Below are positions 31,963 to 41,318 of a DNA stretch of 64,000 nt, piece after piece; within the stretch, counting starts at the first letter, position 1, and each line of letters opens with the position of its first letter. The stretch comes from Nitrosopumilus sp. (lineage in GTDB: Archaea > Thermoproteota > Nitrososphaeria > Nitrososphaerales > Nitrosopumilaceae): NCBI GenBank assembly GCA_965207445.1, contig CBDBLX010000002.1, forward strand, positions 480,001-544,000, written 5' to 3'. Both the position numbers and the translations under genes were made by a program. The notes beneath the pieces were generated by a model. It had not been told where the DNA came from. It did no database searches and saw only the letters and a list, made by a program, of their open reading frames with translations.

Positions 31963-32958
31963 ATGTCGATAATACTCTTTGATGGTCTCATATATGGATC
32001 AGTTCTTGCTGTTTTATGTGTAGGGCTTACACTAACTTACAAGATAACAAGTGTTCCTAACTTTGCACATGCCTCTTTTGCAATACTTGGAATGTACATG
32101 ACACTAGTGGTTGCTAAAGTATTTGAAATATCAGTATATGCCGCGCTACCACTTGCATTTCTTGCATCAGGTGCGCTATCACTGTTTATGTATTATGGTA
32201 TCATACGTATACTCCAAAAGAAAAAGTCGTCTTTAATATCGCTGATAATTGCTACATTGGCATTTGATATATTCATGATCGGCATTCTGAACATCTTTGC
32301 AGATGGACTACGTAATACGTATCAGATTCACTCTCGTGATTTTACACTACGGAGTTTTGATATAGTTGTTGGCGGAGATGGTGGCATGCCGTTAGTGTTC
32401 ATTGCAGCAATTATAATTCTCGCAGGACTTGCATTGGGATTGTATTATCTACTATATAGGACGAGCTTTGGAATAAGTATGAGGGGTGCTATAGAAAATG
32501 AAACCCTAGCTCAAACACTTGGAATAAACACCCAACTGATATTCTCATTTGGTTGGTTTGTCAGCGGTGGACTGGCAGGAATAGCAGGTGTGTTGATGGC
32601 AATGTGGTTTCAAGGAGACCCAAGTTTAGCTGCAATAATGCTTCCGAGTATATTTGCAGGAAGTATAGTCGGTGGATTTTCAAGCATATATGGTGCAATA
32701 TTAGGTGGGCTTTTAGTTGGTGTCTCAGAGGTAGTGGGAACAAGTGTACTTGTTGATATTGTAGGATACTGGGTTATATCATACAGGCCAGTTATACCAT
32801 TCATTGCAATGATCGTGACGCTGATGGTGCTACCTGGTGGCCTCATACAGATAATAACAAAATATTCACGCTCAAGGGCCTCCAAGCCCAAGACAACTGA
32901 TAACAAGAGTGTGTCCAAAAGTGAAAACGATGATCAAAGAGGAGGAGCAAACAGATAA
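31963..32958 (+). CDS. livH: Branched-chain amino acid ABC transporter permease (LivH-like)
   Basis: GLTLTY...PNFAHA, T.FG..MR...EN..LA...GIN; multiple TM segments. Confidence 0.9.
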   Translation: MSIILFDGLIYGSVLAVLCVGLTLTYKITSVPNFAHASFAILGMYMTLVVAKVFEISVYAALPLAFLASGALSLFMYYGIIRILQKKKSSLISLIIATLAFDIFMIGILNIFADGLRNTYQIHSRDFTLRSFDIVVGGDGGMPLVFIAAIIILAGLALGLYYLLYRTSFGISMRGAIENETLAQTLGINTQLIFSFGWFVSGGLAGIAGVLMAMWFQGDPSLAAIMLPSIFAGSIVGGFSSIYGAILGGLLVGVSEVVGTSVLVDIVGYWVISYRPVIPFIAMIVTLMVLPGGLIQIITKYSRSRASKPKTTDNKSVSKSENDDQRGGANR

Positions 32959-34073
32959 TGGCACTTGATCCTGCTGTAATATTTATCGGTGATCTGATCG
33001 CCATATTTTCAATATATCTGATTATTAACTTGAGCTTGAATCTAGAATTTGGATTTGGCGGTGTTCCAAATTTTGGAAAAGTCCTAGCCGTTGCAGCAGG
33101 TGCTTTTGTGGTGGGAACTATCCCATTTGGACTATTTATGCTCTTTATTGATTATGGCGGACTTGATCCTGTCGATGATAATATTATGCTTATCCATCAG
33201 ATCAATGCATACATTGCAGACAATCCTGGATCTGCATTTTTTGTCTTTGCAGTGACACTTATTGTGGCAATTGCAGTGGGTGGACTGTTGGGATTAGCTT
33301 CTGCGTATCCGGCCATACGCTTGCGTGGAGACTATCTTGCAATGACATTGTTAGGATTCGGCGAAGTCATAAGAATTATTGGAATGAACTATACGCCACT
33401 TGTTGGTGGAACTCTGGGCGTCTCTGTTCCTGACATGTTGTCATTTGTACCAAACGAGTATAGATTTTTGCTTGCCAGTCTGGTGTTACTCGGATTTGCA
33501 GGCGCCGCATATTTGGTTGTATCTAAATTTACCAACTCTCCTGTAGGTCGATTACTCCGGTCTAATCGTGATGATGAATTAGCTATAAGTACGTTAGGTC
33601 GTGATCCTGTGAAGATAAAATTCAAGGTAATGATACTTGCAGGAATGCTTGGTGCAGTAGGAGGTGTAATGTATGCATCATATGTGGAAGGTGTGGTTGC
33701 ATTTGGATACAATAGACTTAACTGGACATTTTTACCATTTGTAATGATTATCGTTGGTGGCATGGCAAACAACAAGGGTGTACTAGTTGGAACATTCTTG
33801 TTTGTAGCAGTTCGTAAATTGGTGGTATATTATAATGATGCACTTGAAGGCACGCTTCCATTTGACATTATATGGATTGACTATCTGGCGTTGGGCGGTG
33901 TTATGATACTTGTGTTAATATTCCGACCACGCGGACTTATACCTGAAAGACCACAAAAGACCAAGAGTTTGGAAAAGGGTAGTGGTGGTGGTGATGATGA
34001 ATCGCCACCTGGTAATGAAAAACCACCGCCTGACAGTAATAAGAGTGCGTCACGAGTTCCTATATCCAATTAG
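32958..34073 (+). CDS. livM: Branched-chain amino acid ABC transporter permease (LivM-like)
   Basis: SLNLEFGFGG.PNFG, RLRGDYLAMTLLGFGE, SPVGRLL, RPRGL. Confidence 0.9.
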   Translation: MALDPAVIFIGDLIAIFSIYLIINLSLNLEFGFGGVPNFGKVLAVAAGAFVVGTIPFGLFMLFIDYGGLDPVDDNIMLIHQINAYIADNPGSAFFVFAVTLIVAIAVGGLLGLASAYPAIRLRGDYLAMTLLGFGEVIRIIGMNYTPLVGGTLGVSVPDMLSFVPNEYRFLLASLVLLGFAGAAYLVVSKFTNSPVGRLLRSNRDDELAISTLGRDPVKIKFKVMILAGMLGAVGGVMYASYVEGVVAFGYNRLNWTFLPFVMIIVGGMANNKGVLVGTFLFVAVRKLVVYYNDALEGTLPFDIIWIDYLALGGVMILVLIFRPRGLIPERPQKTKSLEKGSGGGDDESPPGNEKPPPDSNKSASRVPISN

Positions 34074-34180
34074 TTTGTGACACACAACTAAAATTAATAA
34101 TTTATAAAATGATTATTTACATATAATGAATTTAATTGTTTTATCAACGTACATATTTTACGAAATATCCATACCAATAT

Positions 34181-34268
34181 GCGGGAGTCGCCCAGCCTGG
34201 TCAACGGCGTAAGGTTCAGGTCCTTATCTCTTAGGAGTTCGTGGGTTCAAATCCCATCTCCCGCACCA
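34181..34268 (+). tRNA. tRNA-Leu (anticodon CAG), CCA encoded
   Basis: GCGGGAG...TAAGG-TT-CAG-GT-CCTTA, long variable arm, GGTTCAAATCC, CTCCCGC-A-CCA. Confidence 0.95.
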
Positions 34269-34345
34269 TTACTTTGGAATTACACACATCTTGAAAAGAT
34301 CTAGAATAATTTTGATGATGCAATGTTTAAGAATTAATATGACTC

Positions 34346-35215
34346 TTGAATATGACACTAGTTATGATGCGATCAAAGAAGACCATTGTTGGAATTACCA
34401 TAGTAGGACCTGACAAGGAAGGGGTCGTAGCAGCATTTACCAACTTTGTGTTTGAATGGGGTGGGAATGTAGAAAAGATAAATCAAAATGTCATTAAAGG
34501 ATTGTTTGGCATGTATCTTGAAGCATCATTCACCAATAAAATGGAGTCTGAAAAATTTGATGAACATATACAACGTCTTGCATCCGTGTATGGTATGGAG
34601 GTCACTGTGCACTACGAGTCAAACTCCCAAAAGAATATTGCCATAATGGTTACAAAAGAACCGTTATGTCTTGATACCATACTACAGCATATGGCGTCCC
34701 TTGTAGGGAAGGTATCTGTAATAATTGGAACAGAAAAAACATTAGAATATCTTGCCAAACAATATGATGTGCCATTTGTATCAATTCAAGATAGAAATCA
34801 ATCAAAAGCAGAATCCAAAATACTCAAGGTGTGCAAAAAATATGATATAGATTTGATAATACTTGCACGATACATGCGTATTCTGACACCGAATTTTGTA
34901 TGGCGGTACCCTAATCGCATCATAAACATTCATCCGTCTCTACTACCTGCATTCCCCGGAGCATCTGCATATGAGCAAGCTTATGAGCGTGGAACAAAGA
35001 TAGTTGGTGTGACTGCACACTATGTATCTGAGGACCTTGACCAAGGTCCAATAATCCTACAAGACTCGTTTACCGTTGATCCTAATGATGCCCTCGTCGA
35101 TCTTAAAATGAGTGGACAACAGTTAGAAGCAAAGACACTTTTGAGGGCAATAAAACTACACCTCTCAAATAGACTAGATGTAAGATGGCGTAAAGTCCAT
35201 GTAAGAAGGAGATAG
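34346..35215 (+). CDS. purU: Formyltetrahydrofolate deformylase
   Basis: N-terminal ACT domain, LARYMRIL, INIHPSLLPAFPGA, GVTAHYV..DLDQGPII. Confidence 0.92.
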   Translation: MNMTLVMMRSKKTIVGITIVGPDKEGVVAAFTNFVFEWGGNVEKINQNVIKGLFGMYLEASFTNKMESEKFDEHIQRLASVYGMEVTVHYESNSQKNIAIMVTKEPLCLDTILQHMASLVGKVSVIIGTEKTLEYLAKQYDVPFVSIQDRNQSKAESKILKVCKKYDIDLIILARYMRILTPNFVWRYPNRIINIHPSLLPAFPGASAYEQAYERGTKIVGVTAHYVSEDLDQGPIILQDSFTVDPNDALVDLKMSGQQLEAKTLLRAIKLHLSNRLDVRWRKVHVRRR

Positions 35216-35219
35216 ACTC

Positions 35220-36038
35220 ATGCATCTGCCATCTGTTAGCCCACAACTGTATGTAGATGCAAGTATGCAGTCTGATTCTGTCATTAGAGATGCTATAACT
35301 AGTGGAATGCATACTGCGATAATACCTGTTGGCTCTACAGAACAACACGGACCACACTTGCCAGTATCCACTGATTCTGACATTGCGCTAGAGGTATCTC
35401 GACTGATATCTAAAAAAAATGGATATTTGTTAATGCCTGTCATACCATATGGCGTCTCATATGAGCATGCACCACTCTTTCAGACAAGCATCCGACCTTT
35501 TGTCTTGTATGCAATTATACTTGATGTGTGTGCATCACTACACACGTGTGGAATATGCAATGTGATAATTATCAATGCTCACCACGGAAACATCGATGCA
35601 CTTGACAAGCTTTGTACATCCTCACATCAGGCACAAATTGCATATTTGCAAGATAACATACAGCAACAAACTGATGCACAAAAAGAGCAAAAAATACCCC
35701 CCCCGTATAATCTCCCAAAAATCCATCTGTTTCATTATTGGCGATATATGGATGCCAAACTGGGCCATGCAGGATTTACAGAAACCTCTATGATGCTTAC
35801 TATATCCCCAAATACTGTGATAATGAAACGCGCCATAAAAGGTTTGATAACGGATCACATGTCTGATGATGAACTAAAGCGTGTTTCTGCATTTGCGCTC
35901 AAATCATTTCCAGAGGCTACTGGAAATGGTATTTGGGGTGATCCTAGAGGTGCTTCTGCCCAAGTAGGTAAATCGTTGTTAGAAGAAGCAGCATCTAATA
36001 TTGCTAAAATCTGTATTGAAAAGTGCAAAGGATCATGA
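35220..36038 (+). CDS. Creatininase-family protein
   Basis: PVGSTEQHGPHLP..TD, NAHHGN, HAG..ETS, GIWGDP. Confidence 0.9.
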   Translation: MHLPSVSPQLYVDASMQSDSVIRDAITSGMHTAIIPVGSTEQHGPHLPVSTDSDIALEVSRLISKKNGYLLMPVIPYGVSYEHAPLFQTSIRPFVLYAIILDVCASLHTCGICNVIIINAHHGNIDALDKLCTSSHQAQIAYLQDNIQQQTDAQKEQKIPPPYNLPKIHLFHYWRYMDAKLGHAGFTETSMMLTISPNTVIMKRAIKGLITDHMSDDELKRVSAFALKSFPEATGNGIWGDPRGASAQVGKSLLEEAASNIAKICIEKCKGS

Positions 36039-36174
36039 TAAACACCATTACCAAACACCATACCTAAAAATTATATGTGTAAATATAGTATTTTTAGAAA
36101 TTTTTAAACATATCTATTATAATTATATTTTATTTATATAAATATAATTTATAAATTAGATTTAACACTTGATA

Positions 36175-37566
36175 CTAATATTCTGTGCGGGTGAGTTTCC
36201 ACGATCCTCTACTACTATTATTCTTAAAACCTTCCCCCTCATCATCTAATCTAGAGTAATTGCCAAATGCTTTTTTCCTGAATATTTTTGTTGCATTTGG
36301 ATCTGCACCTAATTTTTCTGCCATCTCAACGCATTCTATTGCCTCATCTATTCTTCCAAGGTTTTTTAACATTACACTTTTGTTAAGTTGTATGTTGAAA
36401 TTATGTGGTGCCTTTTTGATTGCCATGTCCATAAATTTGATCGCTTCGTGTATCTTGCCTGTTGAGAACAATATCAACCCTTTGTGGTGAAGAGAGCTTG
36501 GATGTTCTGGGTTAAATTTGAGCGCTTTGTCAATGAACTTTAGTGCTTTGTTGTGGTTGCCCAAGTTAAACAAAGATGTTCCAATTATATGATTATTATA
36601 CCAGTTATCAGGATCTTTATGCACAATACTCTGGGCTTGCTGTAGCGCTTCTTTATATTTGCCTAAGTTTAGGTAGGCTGTTCCTATATTCACTTGAGTC
36701 TCATAATCATCAGGATCGATTTTTGCTGCTTTTTTGAGATACTTTATTGCTCTATCTGCTTCATCTCTATTGATCATAATATCGCCTATAATCTTGTATG
36801 CGTCTGCTCTATTGGGATCTATCTCTATGGCAGTTTTAATGGATTCTCGAGCCTCTTTGAACATTTTCATCTTTACGAGAAACTCTGCTTTGTTGATATG
36901 ATGTGTGTATTCTTTTGGTTCTATTTGTACCGCTTTATCTAATGCTTGTATTGCTTCATTGTCACGACCCATTTCATGCAAACACATTGCCTTTTGCTCA
37001 TATGCAGACGCGTTATGTGGGTTCATTTGTGTGAATTTGTCTAAATATAATAACCCAATATTATATTCTTTGAAATTTATGCATTTTTGTATGAATTCTT
37101 TATGTAATATGTAATCCGTGTTTATTGATGCTGCCTTTTCTATGCATGCTTTAAGATCTTCTGGTCTTTTTATAATTTTCATTAAAAATGCATTCATTTG
37201 ATGTGCGTATAAGCAATTTGAATCCAAGCTAATTGCTTTGTCTATTAGTTCTAGTGCTGTGTCATATTCTTTTATAAACATTAATGCTTGTCCACTATTT
37301 GCATATACAATTGGGCTAATACCCTCTCTAGTTTTTATATGTTCATTGATAAACTTGTACACTTCTTGATTTTTCTCCAATACCAAAAGCGTATTTATTT
37401 TAGCAATACATGCTAGTTCATTACTTGGTTCTATTGATAAGATTTTATCATACATTTCTAGTGACTTGCCATATGATTCTCGTTCTTTGTATTTTTCGGC
37501 TGTATTAAAATATTCTTTAATATCTTTTGGACCTTTTGCTTTTTTATCAAATTTTGGAAACTTCAT
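36175..37566 (-). CDS. TPR repeat protein
   Basis: About ten consecutive TPR-like units. Confidence 0.9.
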   Translation of the reverse strand: MKFPKFDKKAKGPKDIKEYFNTAEKYKERESYGKSLEMYDKILSIEPSNELACIAKINTLLVLEKNQEVYKFINEHIKTREGISPIVYANSGQALMFIKEYDTALELIDKAISLDSNCLYAHQMNAFLMKIIKRPEDLKACIEKAASINTDYILHKEFIQKCINFKEYNIGLLYLDKFTQMNPHNASAYEQKAMCLHEMGRDNEAIQALDKAVQIEPKEYTHHINKAEFLVKMKMFKEARESIKTAIEIDPNRADAYKIIGDIMINRDEADRAIKYLKKAAKIDPDDYETQVNIGTAYLNLGKYKEALQQAQSIVHKDPDNWYNNHIIGTSLFNLGNHNKALKFIDKALKFNPEHPSSLHHKGLILFSTGKIHEAIKFMDMAIKKAPHNFNIQLNKSVMLKNLGRIDEAIECVEMAEKLGADPNATKIFRKKAFGNYSRLDDEGEGFKNNSSRGSWKLTRTEY

Positions 37567-37994
37567 AATCTTATGCTTGACAAAGTAAAATATTAGTGTG
37601 TTTTTATCACAATTTTACTTTTATAATCAAAATTTTGACATGTTTATCATTATGGCTATGTAGACTGAATACTATAATGGCGCCTGTTTAACACTTGTGT
37701 CTGTATTAGAGACGAGATGGTCTAATTTGCGCTTAAAATGTGGGCGGCGGGGGGAGATGCGGGTGAAACGTGATGATTTAATGATTGTCGTGTAATGTGT
37801 TGACACCTAATACCTTATTCTTTAGAGTTTTTGAACTGACTTGTATTTGTTGATTGGTATAACATGTTGATTAGTCGCATCTTGATAGTAGTGTGAAATA
37901 ACATTTTACGTATTTCACCATGTATTTTTATATTGAATATTTACATTTATTCTCATAAGACACACATTTATCATGCAAAATAAATGCATATAAT

Positions 37995-40900
37995 ATGGCA
38001 TTAAAACCACCTAACAAACAGCTTGCAAACAAAGCTTTTTTGGCACTAGAGTCACATCGATTAAAACATGCATTCTCATTTGATCCACTGCTCTCTATGC
38101 GCGTCTCAAATGTAGATTCGCTTCCGCACCAGATAGAAGCAGTGTATGAACATGTGCTCAAAAAACATAGAATTCGATTCATGCTTGCACATGACCCTGG
38201 TGCTGGCAAGACGATTATGGCAGGTTTAATACTCAAGGACTTGAAGATGCGTAACATTGTCAAGCGTGTACTAGTTGTAGTACCTGGACAGCTTCGTGAG
38301 CAGTGGAAATGGGAGCTGAAGAATCGTTTTGATCTAGACTTTGATATAGTGACTAGGGATACCTTTACACAAAAGGGGCGCACTGGGGTGTGGGAAGATG
38401 ATCTCTTGGTCACATCGATTGACTTTGCAAAGCGCGATGATGTGTTAAAATCCCTTCGAGATGCTCGGTTTGATCTTGTAATTGTGGACGAGGCTCATAA
38501 AATGAGTGCATATTCATACGGACGAACAACAAGCAAAACTAAACGATATCATCTCGGAGAAGCACTATCACTGTCCTCAAAACACATGTTGTTTTTGACT
38601 GCTACCCCACACAAGGGCGATGCTCAGAACTTTAGACTATTGTTAGATTTACTAGAACCTGGGTTTTTCTCTGCTGCAGGTATGATTGAAGACTCTGTGC
38701 GAGAAGGGTTCAATCCTGTATTTTTGAGACGTGCCAAGGAGGATATGGTGGACTTTGATGGAGCTCCCTTATTTGTTCCTAGAGAGGTGCGTACACCTGA
38801 TGTACGTCTCTCAAAACATGAAAAGACATTGTATACTGCAATGTCAAAATACGTGACAGAACAATACAACTTGGCAACTCGTTCTGTCAAAAGTCACAAT
38901 ATTACATTTGCACTTATCATACTTCAACGACGCTTTGCATCGAGCATATACGCCCTGACAAAGTCACTCAAACGTCGCATGGATAAGCTAGAGCAGATTG
39001 AAAGAGCTGCTGAAAAGGTATCTTTTGATGATATATCTGATGACTATGTTGAAAAAGTCGATGAAATGTCTGAAAAGGAAAGATGGGAAGAAGAACAAAA
39101 ATGGGAATTAATTACTGCTGCTCAAAATATGGATGAACTCAGGGCGGAAATAGACATTATTGCAGACTTGATACAAAAAGCTCAAAAGGTGATAGGTTCT
39201 GAAGCAAAACTATTTCAACTCAAAGAGATGCTTGAGAATCTCGACAAGACAAACCCTAATGAAAAGATTCTCATCTTTACAGAATCCAAGGATACATTAG
39301 ATTACCTAACAGAACATGTTCGATCATGGGGATACTCGGTCAACAATATACATGGTTCGATGGGTGGAACTGAGAGAAAAGAGGCAGAAAATATATTTAA
39401 AAACGATACTCGTATCATGGTTGCCACTGAAGCTGCAGGTGAGGGAATAAACCTACAATTTTGTAGACTCATGATAAATTATGATCTGCCATGGAATCCA
39501 AACCGATTAGAACAGCGAATGGGTCGAATACACAGATACGGACAAAAACTTGATGTGAATATATTTAATCTGGTCATTGCTGATACCCGTGAAGGTGAGA
39601 TATTAATTAGACTTTTTGAGAAGCTTGAACATATAAGATCTGTCATGGGAAATGACAAGATATTTGATGTAATCAGTGACATTGTTCCTGGAAAGAGCCT
39701 TGCACAACTCATGTTAGATGCAACTGTAAAATCCAAAGGACAAAAAAAGATCATATCTGAACTTGACACAATAATGGGGGACACTGAAGCTGTCAAGGAA
39801 CAGATGCAAGACAACTTTACCTCTAGACGTATGGATGATAAGAGTTTAAAAATGCTACAGGCAACTGTTCGTGAAAATAGTCTTGTTCCTGAGTATTCTA
39901 AAAATTTGTTTTGTGATATCGTAGACACCGCAGGTGGTAATGTGAAGAGTGGTGATGATTATGAAGGACTAACGACAAACATTACCGTACCCAAATTACT
40001 GTTATCTGATGATCATGATTCATCAAAGGATATCACGGCAGTCTTTGATGCATATGCACACGAGCAGATACCTAATACTGATTTAGTGACGTTTGGGCAT
40101 GTTATGTTTGATGCTGCGCTTGAATGGGCCATGTCTCAATTCACATCGAGTGCTATGGATGGAAAGACAACCGTACTAGACCCGACTGGAAGACTTGATG
40201 GCAATATTGCATTTTATACTGGCAGTGTGGTTTATGGAATAACTGGTGAGCAAGTATCATCTCATATGATCGCATGTATTGTTGATCTCAAGGCAGGTAC
40301 AGCAAAATGCATACCATCATCAGTTATCTTGGATCTTGATTGGAATTATGACAAAAAGACAGATGATGACTTTATGGATTCTGAGGGTATTGAATATGTG
40401 CAAAAGATGGCAACTGATGCTGTTAATACTCAGCTAGACTCGTATGCAAGTGCGATAGCTGATGAGGGGCGTATACAGGCTAATATGGCTCAAAAGTATG
40501 GACTTCACTCATTGGATGCCTTGCTTGATGGGATCGAATCTGATATAATGCAACTGTTGGAGAAGAAACGCCGCGGCGTCAAGGCCGATCTGGCAATATA
40601 TAACAAGAGACAGGATCGTATCAAATACAGAACTGCTCGACGTAACATGGAGGAGCGTATAAAATCCGATACAAATTTGACTGTTGATAATATAAAGTGC
40701 GTTGGAATGATCAGAGTGATGCCTGGAACTTTTGCTCAATCTGCCAAGAAACTCTCTGCTGTTGAATTTGCCATTGAATTTGAACACGCCCGCGGCCGTA
40801 CTCCTGTGAATATGTCTCATGAATGGAATGGATATGACATACGCTCTGCTCCAATGGATAGTGGTGGTGGTAGTAATAGTGGTAGTAGTGGCAACAACCG

Positions 40901-41150
40901 TAGTAGTAGTAGTAGTGGCAGTGATGTCAGGTACATATTGGCACTCAAAGAGCAAGACGGTTGGGTGTATTTTACTACCAATGAATGGCTCAAGGCCTTG
41001 ACACTTGGGGAGAGATATTATCTTTATGTGATACGCGGTGTGATGCAAGAGCCACTCGTACTATCTGATCCTGCTCATGTATTGCGATCTGAACGACGAG
41101 GTACTACATACTGTGTAAGTGTAGACCGTATACTATCGTCATTATCATAA
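37995..41150 (+). CDS. SNF2-family helicase with C-terminal DUF3883-like domain (catalytic motif degenerate)
   Basis: PHQIEAV, DPGAGKT, DEAHK, LTATPH, TEAAGEGINLQ, WNPNRLEQRMGRIHRYGQ; C-terminal E..RGR.P...GYDIRS...RYI...TTNEW..A...YYLYV. Confidence 0.88.
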   Translation: MALKPPNKQLANKAFLALESHRLKHAFSFDPLLSMRVSNVDSLPHQIEAVYEHVLKKHRIRFMLAHDPGAGKTIMAGLILKDLKMRNIVKRVLVVVPGQLREQWKWELKNRFDLDFDIVTRDTFTQKGRTGVWEDDLLVTSIDFAKRDDVLKSLRDARFDLVIVDEAHKMSAYSYGRTTSKTKRYHLGEALSLSSKHMLFLTATPHKGDAQNFRLLLDLLEPGFFSAAGMIEDSVREGFNPVFLRRAKEDMVDFDGAPLFVPREVRTPDVRLSKHEKTLYTAMSKYVTEQYNLATRSVKSHNITFALIILQRRFASSIYALTKSLKRRMDKLEQIERAAEKVSFDDISDDYVEKVDEMSEKERWEEEQKWELITAAQNMDELRAEIDIIADLIQKAQKVIGSEAKLFQLKEMLENLDKTNPNEKILIFTESKDTLDYLTEHVRSWGYSVNNIHGSMGGTERKEAENIFKNDTRIMVATEAAGEGINLQFCRLMINYDLPWNPNRLEQRMGRIHRYGQKLDVNIFNLVIADTREGEILIRLFEKLEHIRSVMGNDKIFDVISDIVPGKSLAQLMLDATVKSKGQKKIISELDTIMGDTEAVKEQMQDNFTSRRMDDKSLKMLQATVRENSLVPEYSKNLFCDIVDTAGGNVKSGDDYEGLTTNITVPKLLLSDDHDSSKDITAVFDAYAHEQIPNTDLVTFGHVMFDAALEWAMSQFTSSAMDGKTTVLDPTGRLDGNIAFYTGSVVYGITGEQVSSHMIACIVDLKAGTAKCIPSSVILDLDWNYDKKTDDDFMDSEGIEYVQKMATDAVNTQLDSYASAIADEGRIQANMAQKYGLHSLDALLDGIESDIMQLLEKKRRGVKADLAIYNKRQDRIKYRTARRNMEERIKSDTNLTVDNIKCVGMIRVMPGTFAQSAKKLSAVEFAIEFEHARGRTPVNMSHEWNGYDIRSAPMDSGGGSNSGSSGNNRSSSSSGSDVRYILALKEQDGWVYFTTNEWLKALTLGERYYLYVIRGVMQEPLVLSDPAHVLRSERRGTTYCVSVDRILSSLS

Positions 41151-41222
41151 GTACAAGCGCTCAGGCCAAGTTGCCATTATGGCTGTGTAAGTGTAGACCG
41201 TATACTATCGCCATTATCATAA
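41111..41222. repeat. 40-bp direct repeat (41111-41150 and 41183-41222, 1 mismatch) around a 32-bp spacer
   Basis: ctgtgtaagtgtagaccgtatactatcg(t/c)cattatcataa occurs twice and duplicates the 3' end of the SNF2 gene. Confidence 0.9.
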
Positions 41223-41318
41223 TATTTGACATACAGCTACAGTTTGAGATTTTTTGAGACTTTTAGTTGTGTGTAATAATAGTCACCATCACAGTCCACA
41301 TCACAGTCCACATTATGG

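Noticed and set aside
34181..34268. Second tRNA-Leu as an attR partial duplication
   Set aside because: It is a complete tRNA with a different anticodon and anticodon stem, and no integrase is nearby.
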